Shown here: piece by piece, positions 1 through 8,009 of the stretch
How positions within the stretch are numbered: position 1 is the first letter of the stretch
Layout of the letters: every line of letters begins with the position of its first letter
Assembly: GCA_016205145.1 (NCBI GenBank)
Contig: JACQJH010000002.1
Coordinates: 480,001 to 512,000, forward strand
Length of the DNA stretch: 32,000 nucleotides
Direction: 5' to 3'
From: Candidatus Iainarchaeum sp.
GTDB taxonomy: Archaea; Iainarchaeota; Iainarchaeia; Iainarchaeales; JACQJH01
The notes under the pieces: generated by a model
What the model saw: the letters and a program-made list of their open reading frames with translations, nothing else
The model's database searches: none
Told to the model about the DNA's origin: nothing
Made by a program: the position numbers and the translations under genes

Positions 1-462
1 TTTGCGGGCGCGTTCAGGAAACTGCCGAAGGCAATGTGCTATCTTTTCACGCACGCGTACCAGAGCTATTTGTTCAACAAAATAATCGACCGCAGGTTCG
101 AGGAAGGCATCGGCATTTCAAAAACCGACGGAGATGTCCTGCTTGACAATGTTCCATCCGCAATGCTTGCCGGCTATGAAAGCGCTTTTGCCGAGGGAAA
201 GGCTGGCGCGATAGAGAAAGCCGTGCTGGAAGAGCAAGGCGTTTCGCTTTCGGAGTTCAAAATCGCGAGCATGCCGGAACTTTCGTCCAAGGGTGCGCGC
301 AAAGCCATTGCATTGTTTCCGGAAAACCCGGAAATCCTTGCCGTGGGGGACGACGAATTCTTTCCGGGCAAAAGATTCTGCACGGTTTCGTTTTCGCTTT
401 CAAAGGGAAACTATGCAACGACAATCATGCGCGAGATAATGAAAGTGAATGCTCCGGCGTAG
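1..462 (+). CDS. truD: tRNA pseudouridine synthase TruD/Pus7-type, C-terminal part (5' end outside window)
   Basis: Frame 1 is open from base 1 (FAGAFRKLPKA precedes the listed M at 34). Contains the TruD-family motif HAYQSYLFN. Stop TAG at 460-462. Confidence 0.75.
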   Translation, partial: FAGAFRKLPKAMCYLFTHAYQSYLFNKIIDRRFEEGIGISKTDGDVLLDNVPSAMLAGYESAFAEGKAGAIEKAVLEEQGVSLSEFKIASMPELSSKGARKAIALFPENPEILAVGDDEFFPGKRFCTVSFSLSKGNYATTIMREIMKVNAPA

Positions 463-490
463 CCGCCACAACTTGTTATCATGAAAATAA

Positions 491-548
491 AGCAGATGGG
501 TATTGCAACGGCAATACCCGTCGTCGCTCCACGCAGCCGAAACTGCGT
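491..548 (+). repeat. Modular hairpin repeat unit (linker gcagatgg, H1, linker cgtcgtcg-ctcc, H2)
   Basis: H1 is GGGTATTGC aacg GCAATACCC (498-519). H2 is ACGCAG ccgaaa CTGCGT (531-548). The same linkers and H1 recur at 13056-13090 and 30270-30358, and H2 recurs at 6568-6585 and 30363-30380. Confidence 0.85.
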
Positions 549-583
549 AAAGTTAAAAACATCTATCATGGACTTCTTGTACT

Positions 584-612
584 GCCGGCTTTCCGGCTTG
601 TTTTGCTTTTTT
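584..612 (+). terminator. Terminator-like hairpin plus T-rich tract between truD and the GT4 gene
   Basis: GCCGG cttt CCGGC (584-597) is followed by ttgttttgctttttt (598-612). It sits only about 11 nt before the ATG at 624, so it could also act on the GT4 leader. Confidence 0.35.
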
Positions 613-623
613 GAGGGAAATGG

Positions 624-1586
624 ATGCTGCCTTGGGCGCTGCTGTTCGCGGTTTCGTTTGTTCTTGCGGCAATCGCTGTTTCGGTTGTCGCAAAATTCAA
701 CGCGAAAAGGAACATTGTCGGCGTTGACATAAACAAGCGTGACCAGGCAATGGTGCCTGAAAGCACTGGCATAGCCTTGCTTCCCGTGCTTTTCGCGGTT
801 TCGTTTCTTTTCCTTGCCAAGCCGCTTGGCGGAAACATCTGGGCATGGCTTTTAACCATGGGCGCATTCACGGGGATCGGATTTGCCGGCGATTTCAGCC
901 AGCGCGTCCTGAACAGGGAAATTCCATGGACTGTGAGGGCAGCCGCCATCGCTTTTGTGTCCTTGGCGTTCGCATTTTTTTATTCGCAGGAATTCGATCC
1001 CTGGCCGTTGTGGCTGGTTTTGTTTTCGCTTTACATTGCAGGCATTGCCTCTTTCCAGAACACTTTCGCGGGCCTGAACGGCTGGGAAGTTGGTTCGGGC
1101 TTCATCATTTCAGTTTTTGTCGCCTTGCTGCTTGCTCCGACAAGGCTTTTCTGGCCGGCGATTGCCTTGAGCGGCGCGATTCTGGGCCTGCTGTTTTTCA
1201 ACAGGTTTCCGGCAAGGGTTTTTCCCGGCGACAGCGGAACCCTGCTCATGGGCTCGGCGATGGCGTCCCTGCTTTTGATGTCCCAGGACCTGGCGATAAT
1301 CGTTCCCGGATTCCTGTTCTTTTTGCCGCACGCGATCGACTTTTATGTCATAAAGCTTGGAACGAACCGCGGGGACGCGACGCAGAAAAAAGCCAAGCCG
1401 TATTCAGTGGGCTTTGACGGAAAGCTTTCAGTGCCGGGCAACGGAAAATCGGGCCTCGACTTCGCCAAAGTCATCATCCGCGCATTCGGCCCGCTGGAAG
1501 AATGGAAAATCGTCGCGATAATCTGGTTTGTGGTGGCGGCAAACTGCGCGTTCTGGTTCTACGTTTTTTCCCGCATCATACTGTGA
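624..1586 (+). CDS. Glycosyltransferase family 4 (MraY/WecA/AglH-like polyprenyl-phosphate sugar-1-phosphate transferase)
   Basis: Polytopic membrane protein. Has DINKRDQAMVPESTGIAL and FPGDSGTLLMGSAMA motifs typical of the MraY/WecA superfamily. ATG at 624 is preceded by GAGGG (613-617). Confidence 0.7.
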   Translation: MLPWALLFAVSFVLAAIAVSVVAKFNAKRNIVGVDINKRDQAMVPESTGIALLPVLFAVSFLFLAKPLGGNIWAWLLTMGAFTGIGFAGDFSQRVLNREIPWTVRAAAIAFVSLAFAFFYSQEFDPWPLWLVLFSLYIAGIASFQNTFAGLNGWEVGSGFIISVFVALLLAPTRLFWPAIALSGAILGLLFFNRFPARVFPGDSGTLLMGSAMASLLLMSQDLAIIVPGFLFFLPHAIDFYVIKLGTNRGDATQKKAKPYSVGFDGKLSVPGNGKSGLDFAKVIIRAFGPLEEWKIVAIIWFVVAANCAFWFYVFSRIIL

Positions 1587-2548
1587 GTGCCTGCAATGGC
1601 GGCGAATGCCAGGCTTAAAAGCGTCGGAATGACTATCCTGACAACGCCGAAAACCACCATGATTGCGCCGATTTCCGCGAATGAAAGCATTGCATTTGAA
1701 AACGCGGGAACGGAAAGGTAAGCGAAGCCTGCCGCCTCCACCAGGCCGATGCCGCGCGGCAGGAACGGCGCCCGTTCAAGGATCGAGGCGATGACAAAAA
1801 GCGCGATCGCCGAGGCAAGCGGAATTGAAACGCCCACTGCAAAAAAGCTGTACAGCAAGGCGAGGAATTCAAAAAAAAGCGAGAGGGCGCTGAGCAAAAA
1901 AACCCATACAAAAAGCCGCAGGCTTATGCGCTTCAGGTAAGCAGAATAATTCGAAAAAAAATCCGCAGCCCTGGACAGCAGGGAAAATCTTTTGGATGCG
2001 TGCCTGAAAAAAGCCGCGATCGCCCGGCCGAAGCGCTCGTTAAGCGGCAGCAGGAACAAGGCGCTTGCCGCCGCGACCATGAAAAAGCCGGACAGCAGGG
2101 CAAAAAACACGAATGGCGGAAGGCTTGAATTGAAAAGCAGGGAAAACGAGACCAGGAGGGAGAGCACGAAGATTGCAAAGAATTTCATGCCCTTGACAAG
2201 CATTGACGCTGCAAGGGAATCCCTGAATGGAACGCCGAAATGCCTTTTCAGCTGCACCGAACGCAGGTAATCGGAGCCCACCTGAACCGGTGAAACCGAA
2301 CCGTAGACGGACGCACAGCCCAAAAAAAAGGCTTTACGGAAAGGGGTTTTGGAGCCGTTTTTTACAAGAATGGCCCACGAAAAAACCCAGATAACCACGC
2401 TGGCGAGGAAAAAAACTGCCGCGGCAGCGAAAAAAAGCGGGTTTGTTGCCTGCAATTCGCCAAAAGCGTTGGTTAGGGTTGAAAGCACGCCCAAAAGCGC
2501 GAAAAAGACCAAAACAACCAGGACTGCCTTGCCAAAACCGCTCTTCAA
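1559..2548 (-). CDS. Polytopic membrane protein, flippase-like / LPG-synthase-TM (UPF0104)-like
   Basis: 329 aa with about 8 hydrophobic helices and family-like composition. Apparent TTG start at 2548 overlaps the upstream stop (TTGA, 2545-2548). Its 3' end overlaps the convergent GT4 gene by 28 nt. Confidence 0.45.
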   Translation of the reverse strand: MKSGFGKAVLVVLVFFALLGVLSTLTNAFGELQATNPLFFAAAAVFFLASVVIWVFSWAILVKNGSKTPFRKAFFLGCASVYGSVSPVQVGSDYLRSVQLKRHFGVPFRDSLAASMLVKGMKFFAIFVLSLLVSFSLLFNSSLPPFVFFALLSGFFMVAAASALFLLPLNERFGRAIAAFFRHASKRFSLLSRAADFFSNYSAYLKRISLRLFVWVFLLSALSLFFEFLALLYSFFAVGVSIPLASAIALFVIASILERAPFLPRGIGLVEAAGFAYLSVPAFSNAMLSFAEIGAIMVVFGVVRIVIPTLLSLAFAAIAGTHSMMREKT

Positions 2549-3192
2549 GCAGCGCCACCAAGCCTTGAACCAACAGCGTTTGTCTTGTCGATTATTTCCT
2601 GCGCATTGGAAAACATTGCAAGCAGCACCAGCCTTGAAAGTTCCGGAATTTCCCGCTCATTCGAAGGCAATATCAGAATCTGGTTACCCGAAACCACAAC
2701 TGCTGGATTTTGCCTTGACGCGTCCGGAAAGTCTATGACAATCCTCACGCTCCTGCCATCAGACAGCATTGCGGAGCATTCGGCAGGGGAAACGGTTTTG
2801 CTTGAATTGAAATCGCCGAAATTTGAAATGCATTCCTTTAAGGCGCCGGTTCCGGTGAAAACCTGCAAAAGCTGGGTCGTGTCCTTCCTGTTCCCGGACA
2901 GCACAACAATGAATGCATTGAGGCCGTTGCTCATGAACGTGTTAACGCCGCCGGCTTCAGCGAGCTTGGGCGAAACGACAAACGAGACGCTTTCCCCGGC
3001 TTTGCCGAAAAACGCGTTCGGGTCAACCTCATTCGAAACAAAGGCCACTTTTTCCCCGCTTTTAAGCATGCCAAAAGCCGAATACTTCGGCGCAAACAAT
3101 CCCGCATACACGGCAGCGCCCGCGACAATGAAGACAAGCAGCAGAATCGAGGCAAGATTGAACTTCGAAAAAACACTGGACTTTTCAGGCAT
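2545..3192 (-). CDS. Hypothetical N-terminally membrane-anchored protein
   Basis: Start moved to ATG at 3192 (MPEKSSVFSKFNLASILLLVFIVAGAAVYAG, one TM helix). The longer listed ORF (to 3279) only translates the hairpin repeat at 3225-3280 (NQPDETGF). Confidence 0.55.
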   Translation of the reverse strand: MPEKSSVFSKFNLASILLLVFIVAGAAVYAGLFAPKYSAFGMLKSGEKVAFVSNEVDPNAFFGKAGESVSFVVSPKLAEAGGVNTFMSNGLNAFIVVLSGNRKDTTQLLQVFTGTGALKECISNFGDFNSSKTVSPAECSAMLSDGRSVRIVIDFPDASRQNPAVVVSGNQILILPSNEREIPELSRLVLLAMFSNAQEIIDKTNAVGSRLGGAA

Positions 3193-3224
3193 AAAAAACA
3201 ACTCATACTGCAAAAAGATTAAAA

Positions 3225-3280
3225 AGCCGGTTTCGTCCGGCTGGTTCGACGGCAGGTATTGCTTACGCAATACCTGCAAG
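3225..3280 (-). repeat. Modular hairpin repeat unit, inverse orientation (H1 plus H3)
   Basis: On the plus strand: AGCCGG tttcgt CCGGCT (3225-3242) and CAGGTATTGC ttac GCAATACCTG (3253-3276). The reverse complement of 3225-3250 is identical over 26 nt to 13087-13112. Confidence 0.85.
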
Positions 3281-3328
3281 CATTAAAGATTTCGGGGGTT
3301 TGCAGGGGGTGAAACTCCGGCGGAAGCT

Positions 3329-3395
3329 GGGAAAGAAAAAATAAAAGAAAAAGAAAAGAAAAAAAAGAAAGGAAAAAGGGAAACAAGGTTTCCCC
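3329..3395 (-). terminator. Hairpin plus long multi-oligo(T) terminator of the S-layer-like gene
   Basis: In minus sense, 12 nt after the stop comes GGGAAAC ctt GTTTCCC (3378-3394). An approx 50-nt almost pure pyrimidine tract follows, with runs of T5, T8, T4, T5, T4 and T6. Confidence 0.6.
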
Positions 3396-3407
3396 TTTTC
3401 AGACTAC

Positions 3408-6227
3408 TTACGCCAACAGGCCGTCAAGGGCGCTTATGAGTTCCTGTGCTGCGGCAGCGGTGTCGTCAGCGGTGTAACCCGCGGCAACTATGTCGCCGTT
3501 GTTCAGGAGCTCTGCGACCTTGTCGCCTCTTGCCGTCAGGGCATCTTCCAAGGTTGTGCCGTCGTCAAGCTGGAGGCCTTTTGCCAAGGTGTTGACCTTG
3601 TAGCCGCCAACTATGATGGCGTTTCCGCTCGGATTGAAGCCTGCGTCGGTGTAGACAAGGTTTCCGGTCTTCACGATTTCGTTGTATTTTGCCGGAACTG
3701 CCACAGCTCCGCCAGCTCCGCCAGCCACTGTGTAGTTGACCTTGTCAACCGTGACTGTCGTGCCGTCGTCTGTCTTGGCTGTTGCGCCCTCTAAGACTCC
3801 GGCCAGCGTTGCGCCGCCCGAAACCTCTTCAGTCGTGTCCAGGCTTTCAACGGTCCAATAGGACTTCATCCTGGAGTTCGGAAGCACGAATGAAAGCTCC
3901 CTGCTTGCCAGTTCGACCTTTATTCCGTTGTCGTCGTATCCTTTCGTGAAGTTCGTTGAGCTGCCAGTGTATTCGCTCAGCGTTGTTATGGTTCTCTCTG
4001 CGTTGTAGTCTGCAGCGGTTGTCTTACCGGCGTAGTTTGTCTTGTTGTTGTTCGCCGTGTCGACTGTTCCCGCGTTTCCGCCTTCCGTGTCAATGTAGAT
4101 TGTCCACACGCCTACGCGGACATTCGGTGCATCTCCGCCGTGGTGCGGTATGGCTGTGTTCGTGTCCAGCTCCCTTATGAAGAAGACGGCTGTCTTGTAG
4201 ATTCCGCCAGCTGAACCCGCATATGTTCCGAAGTCTGCCGTGTCAGGCGCGTAGTATGAAACGCCCCTGAACGAAGCCGTCGCAACGCTTGTTTGCTGGG
4301 CCTGCGACAGGTTGTAGTCGTTCAACGAGGTTGTCACATTGTCGTTGTCGCTGACGTCTGTTCCCAGGAGGAACAGGCCGCCTGTGCTCCACTCCAATGT
4401 GTCAATGTAACCGTTGACACTGGTTGTTCCGTTTATGTCGTAACCTGCAAGGACAAGCCAAGCCGCGGAAGTCGTGGTCTTGAAGAAGTACTTGTAGGTT
4501 TTGCTGTTCTTTCCAGTTATAGTGATGAGGTTCCCGGAAGCCAGGTTGTTTATGTCACCTGTGCCGCTCCAGTTCTCGTCAGCTGTTGCGGCAGGAACAT
4601 TGTCTATTCCATACGCAAAGTTGAAGTCGCCTGTTATCTGTGCGGACGTCGAGTAGGTAACCTGGCCTGGTTCCAATATGAACCTGTTGCCGGATGTTCC
4701 CGCGCCTGAGTCGCCTTTTCCGACTGCGTAGGTGTAGTCCTGGCCTTCAAACTTCAGGTTTCCGCTGATTGGCGGCTGGCCGAGCTTGATTGCCATCGGG
4801 ATCTTGTGTTCAACGGACGACGTGTCCTTGTACTGGATTGCGCCGTATGTTGAGGATCCGCCTGAGATGTCGGCAACGTTCTGTCCCTTGAGGAACTTGA
4901 CCGTTGTCTTCTGGACACCCTGGTCGTAGAAGCCCTTGAATTTGACGTAACCTATCGGGTCAAGACCTGAGCCCTCAAGGATTCCCGCCTTGTCAACTCC
5001 CGTGGTAACATTGCCGAGAGTGTAACCTGTTGCCGTCAATGGATTTGACGCATTCCAGATTTTCGCGTTGTTTGTCACGGCTATCGCGGTGAGCGTTGTT
5101 CCTGAGGTTGTCAGGGCCGCCTGCCACGGGTAGCTTCCCGAAGTGTTGTTCGGGTCGTACGGGAACCTGTTGCCGTTCCTGATGTCAAGCCTATCAGAGC
5201 CGACAAGGAGCGTGAAGTCGTACGTTGTCGTGTTGTCAACGGTGTTCGTTCCAACTCTCTTCATTGTTACCTTTGTCTCAAGGATTGCCTTTCCGTCTGT
5301 GTCCGAGAAGACCGTGTCAATCTGGTCGTCGTTTGTCACAGACTGGACCTGGAGCTCTGTTCCGTCGGCGTCAAGCAATGCAACCTTTGCGTAGGTTGTT
5401 CCGCTTGAAGTGTAGCCGCCCCTGAGCTCAAGGGAGTAATCCTTTCCGTCCCTGCCCTTCAACGCGATCCTGTCGCCCGTCTGGTAGACCTTTTCAGCGG
5501 ATGTTGAGACAAGAACAATCTGTGTTCCTGACGTGTTGATTGAGTCCACTACGTAGGTTTTTCCGAGGAATGAGATCGGAACATAGTCGTCCGCCCCGGA
5601 ATCCGTGAAGTAAGGTATGCCCGGCGAGAAAGTAACCTGGTAGTTCAGGTCGCCTGAGCTGATGTAACCCACAAGGTCTTTTACGCTGACATTTGTGGTG
5701 TCGAACAGGGCATCAAGCTTTACGCCGATGCTTTCAACAACGGTCGTAGTGTTCGTGTCGTTGTTGATTTTTATCTGCTTCGACTCGTTCTTGAAGCTCT
5801 TGAAGTAGGCGTTTCCAACGTCGGTTCTATATTCCCACTGGCTCGAGCCGCTGTTCATGTTGGCTGTCAGCAGTTCCCTGACTCCGCCGGAAACCTTTAC
5901 TGTTCCGCCGACTGTCAAGTCAACTGACAGGTCTGAAACCGTCGCGCCTTCGCCTGAGCCTTCTCCGGCCTGGACTGTGACGTCCTTTTCAACTGTCGCG
6001 AGCTGCGCAACCCTTGCGGCTATGTTGCCTGCCCAGACAACGTCTGATGCTTTGGCTTTAGAGCCGACAGCAACGCCGACAATGGGCTGGCCCGTTGCCG
6101 TGTTGATTATATTTGATTTGCTAATCTGGCTTACAGAAACTGCTGAAACGATTGGCGCCAGAGCGCTGCCCACAAGGGCCGCACCAACACCAATGGCTGC
6201 AAGCCTTTTTACGTTAAGTCCCTTCAT
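3408..6227 (-). CDS. S-layer-like large secreted surface protein
   Basis: 939 aa from ATG 6227. Signal peptide MKGLNVKRLAAIGVGAALVGSALAPIVSA. Thr/Gly/Asn/Ser-rich with more than a dozen N-x-S/T sequons. Strong SD and strong terminator. The listed GTG at 6239 lies inside the SD. Confidence 0.65.
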   Translation of the reverse strand: MKGLNVKRLAAIGVGAALVGSALAPIVSAVSVSQISKSNIINTATGQPIVGVAVGSKAKASDVVWAGNIAARVAQLATVEKDVTVQAGEGSGEGATVSDLSVDLTVGGTVKVSGGVRELLTANMNSGSSQWEYRTDVGNAYFKSFKNESKQIKINNDTNTTTVVESIGVKLDALFDTTNVSVKDLVGYISSGDLNYQVTFSPGIPYFTDSGADDYVPISFLGKTYVVDSINTSGTQIVLVSTSAEKVYQTGDRIALKGRDGKDYSLELRGGYTSSGTTYAKVALLDADGTELQVQSVTNDDQIDTVFSDTDGKAILETKVTMKRVGTNTVDNTTTYDFTLLVGSDRLDIRNGNRFPYDPNNTSGSYPWQAALTTSGTTLTAIAVTNNAKIWNASNPLTATGYTLGNVTTGVDKAGILEGSGLDPIGYVKFKGFYDQGVQKTTVKFLKGQNVADISGGSSTYGAIQYKDTSSVEHKIPMAIKLGQPPISGNLKFEGQDYTYAVGKGDSGAGTSGNRFILEPGQVTYSTSAQITGDFNFAYGIDNVPAATADENWSGTGDINNLASGNLITITGKNSKTYKYFFKTTTSAAWLVLAGYDINGTTSVNGYIDTLEWSTGGLFLLGTDVSDNDNVTTSLNDYNLSQAQQTSVATASFRGVSYYAPDTADFGTYAGSAGGIYKTAVFFIRELDTNTAIPHHGGDAPNVRVGVWTIYIDTEGGNAGTVDTANNNKTNYAGKTTAADYNAERTITTLSEYTGSSTNFTKGYDDNGIKVELASRELSFVLPNSRMKSYWTVESLDTTEEVSGGATLAGVLEGATAKTDDGTTVTVDKVNYTVAGGAGGAVAVPAKYNEIVKTGNLVYTDAGFNPSGNAIIVGGYKVNTLAKGLQLDDGTTLEDALTARGDKVAELLNNGDIVAAGYTADDTAAAAQELISALDGLLA

Positions 6228-6235
6228 GATTTTGT

Positions 6236-6242
6236 TCACCTC
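6236..6242 (-). promoter_or_regulatory. Shine-Dalgarno-like site of the S-layer-like gene
   Basis: In minus sense, GAGGTGA lies 8 nt upstream of ATG 6227. Confidence 0.6.
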
Positions 6243-6525
6243 ACAATCTTACGAAGGATATTGTATGTATGAATAAAAAACAAGCCCGGCAACCCGCCCC
6301 CAAAACCACTGAAGGCAAAGGTCAGTCAGACCATTCAATACTTATCAAGTCAACTTATTTAAATACCTTTCCGTCCCAAAAAAAAGCTTAAAAAGCGCTT
6401 ATTTTGGGAAAACAAGCCCAAAATTTACTGCTTTTGCAGAAGACCTGTTCGTCAATTTACGAACCATGTACCAGCAGGGACTGGCCTCTCGCACACCCAC
6501 TGACCCCCGAAATCGTTAATACGCC

Positions 6526-6586
6526 TACTCGGCGTATTGCGCTAGCAATACGCCTTGGTTTCGCTCCGCGCAGCCGAAACTGCGCC
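6526..6586 (+). repeat. Modular hairpin repeat unit (linker tactcgg, H1, linker ccttggtttcg-ctcc, H2)
   Basis: GGCGTATTGC gcta GCAATACGCC (6531-6554). GCGCAG ccgaaa CTGCGC (6568-6585) ends 2 nt from the stop codon complement at 6588-6590. Confidence 0.85.
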
Positions 6587-6587
6587 G

Positions 6588-7235
6588 TTATTTCTTGTGC
6601 AACTCGCGATTGAAGCTTTCCAGCTCCTGCCGGTTCATCAATTTAGTAATATATTCAGTATAGCCTTGAACCATGTCGGACAGGTCAATCAGGCCGTCCT
6701 GCAAGTCCTGCGCCGGAAACGTTATTTTGTCCGGTTTTATGACCTCGACCGAGATTGGGCCGAAGAAAATCATGAATCGCACAAGCGCAGAGAAGGTTTT
6801 CACGGAAAAATTTACGTCAAGGAACGAAGAATAGTAGTCATTGCTTTCCATTTTTTCAATCGGCGCCTTTTCAAGCGAGTAAACAAGGTAGTTTTTGTCA
6901 CTGGAAAGCGATTTTCCAAGCTTGTCGAGGTGCTCTTGGACCAGTTCTTGGGTTATTGCCTGGATTTCAACTATTCCGCGTATGCGCAGCTTGTTCGTGT
7001 CCTCTTCTTCAAGCTTTTTGCGCCTTGAAACCTCTTCCACTATGTTTCCATGCAGGGAATACCTTGTCGGCGCCCCGCCTTTGTCCGCGAGCCGCAGTTT
7101 GAGCATCATTCTCAGGGTATCGGTGACAACCGGCAGGCTTATGCTTAGGCTTTCGCTGATTTCTTCGGCTGTTCTGGGGCCTTCCCTGAGCAGGAATGCT
7201 GCTATCTGTTTCTGTTCCTTTGAAAAGCTCGGCAT
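6588..7235 (-). CDS. Winged-helix (TrmB/MarR-like) DNA-binding protein with uncharacterised C-terminal domain
   Basis: Start moved to ATG 7235 (MPSFSKEQKQIAAFLLREGPRTAEEISESLSISLPVVTDTL is an HTH-like N-terminus). A TATA-like box lies 23 nt upstream. The listed longer N-terminus runs into the repeat array. Confidence 0.5.
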   Translation of the reverse strand: MPSFSKEQKQIAAFLLREGPRTAEEISESLSISLPVVTDTLRMMLKLRLADKGGAPTRYSLHGNIVEEVSRRKKLEEEDTNKLRIRGIVEIQAITQELVQEHLDKLGKSLSSDKNYLVYSLEKAPIEKMESNDYYSSFLDVNFSVKTFSALVRFMIFFGPISVEVIKPDKITFPAQDLQDGLIDLSDMVQGYTEYITKLMNRQELESFNRELHKK

Positions 7236-7258
7236 AATTGAGTTTGGGCGGCAAAATG

Positions 7259-7266
7259 TTTTAAAA
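7259..7266 (-). promoter_or_regulatory. TATA-like box (TTTTAAAA) for the wHTH gene, leaderless geometry
   Basis: 23 nt separate the box from ATG 7235. Confidence 0.4.
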
Positions 7267-7267
7267 C

Positions 7268-7565
7268 GCAGGGGCTTTCGCCCCTTGCACGCTCCCAAAA
7301 ACAACCTGGCTTACTCGGCTTATTGCAATAGCAACAAGCCTTGGTTTCGGACCCGGCGTGCGAGCAAAAGCGAACGCAGGGATTGCACCCCTTGCAAACC
7401 CCGAAAGCTTTAACGGAATACTCGGCATATTGCGTAGCAATATGCCTTGGTTTCGGCACACGCGATCGAAAACGCGTCCGGACGAAACCGGCTCCGAGCA
7501 AAGCGAGGCGGCGCTATGCGAGCAAAGCGAGCATAGTGCGTCGGCACACCCGCTCGAAAGCGGGT
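7268..7565. repeat. Approx 300-nt array of at least 8 GC-rich hairpin modules
   Basis: H6 7268-7288. tactcgg-H1 7312-7340. H6-like 7376-7395. tactcgg-H1 7419-7446. ACGCG..CGCGT 7460-7477. Truncated H3 7478-7493. GCGCTATGC..GCATAGTGC 7511-7539. ACCCGCT cgaa AGCGGGT 7548-7565. The motif gcgagcaaa(a)gcga occurs three times. Confidence 0.85.
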
Positions 7566-7574
7566 TGGAAAAGC

Positions 7575-7582
7575 AATAAATA
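7575..7582 (+). promoter_or_regulatory. TATA-like box (AATAAATA) for the small membrane protein gene
   Basis: 22 nt upstream of ATG 7605. Confidence 0.4.
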
Positions 7583-7604
7583 CTTTGCCGCACAATTCTT
7601 TTGC

Positions 7605-7928
7605 ATGGGCCTTTTCTTGTTGCAGGCTTCCGATGCGATTGCCAATGCGGGAAGCGCTGGTTCCGCCATTGCCGAAAAGGGATTGCAGCTTGCCGGCAAC
7701 CCGGCAATTCTTGTGGCGGGCGTTGTGCTCATCATTGCGGCCGTGCTCATTTTCGTTTTCCTGAAAAAGATCATCGTGAACTCGGTTGCCGGCCTGGCCG
7801 TCTGGGCAATAGTTTCATTCGTCTTCCACGTCAACCTGCCGTTCATTCCAAGCCTGGTGATAAGCATTGTTTTTGGCCTGGCGGGAATCGGCGCGCTTCT
7901 GCTGGCGAAATTCCTGGGCCTGTTCTGA
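7605..7928 (+). CDS. Small integral membrane protein (possibly BofA-like)
   Basis: 107 aa from ATG 7605 with 2-3 hydrophobic helices (IIVNSVAGLAVWAIVSF, SLVISIVFGLAGIGALLLAKFL). The listed ORF from 7341 merely translates the repeat array. Confidence 0.5.
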   Translation: MGLFLLQASDAIANAGSAGSAIAEKGLQLAGNPAILVAGVVLIIAAVLIFVFLKKIIVNSVAGLAVWAIVSFVFHVNLPFIPSLVISIVFGLAGIGALLLAKFLGLF

Positions 7929-7978
7929 CAACCGGCATGCAAGCCGGCGGGGGCAGGTTTTTCTATATTTTACCCCAC

Positions 7979-7986
7979 TAATTTAT
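7979..7986 (+). promoter_or_regulatory. TATA-like box (TAATTTAT) for the EndoQ-like gene
   Basis: 23 nt upstream of the TTG at 8010. A second AT-rich box lies at 7963-7972. Confidence 0.35.
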
Positions 7987-8009
7987 GCTGAAGTTAATCT
8001 GGCGATGCT

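Noticed and set aside
3956-6276. Several 66-139 aa plus-strand ORFs inside the S-layer-like gene
   Set aside because: They are antisense shadows with Cys/Arg/Ser-rich composition and no start signals.
6321-6349. C/D-box-sRNA-like pattern on the minus strand (TGATAA, 12 nt, CTGA CTGA) in the S-layer upstream region
   Set aside because: The C box is imperfect (UGAUAA rather than UGAUGA). No C'/D' pair or terminal stem is present. It likely lies within the S-layer 5' leader.
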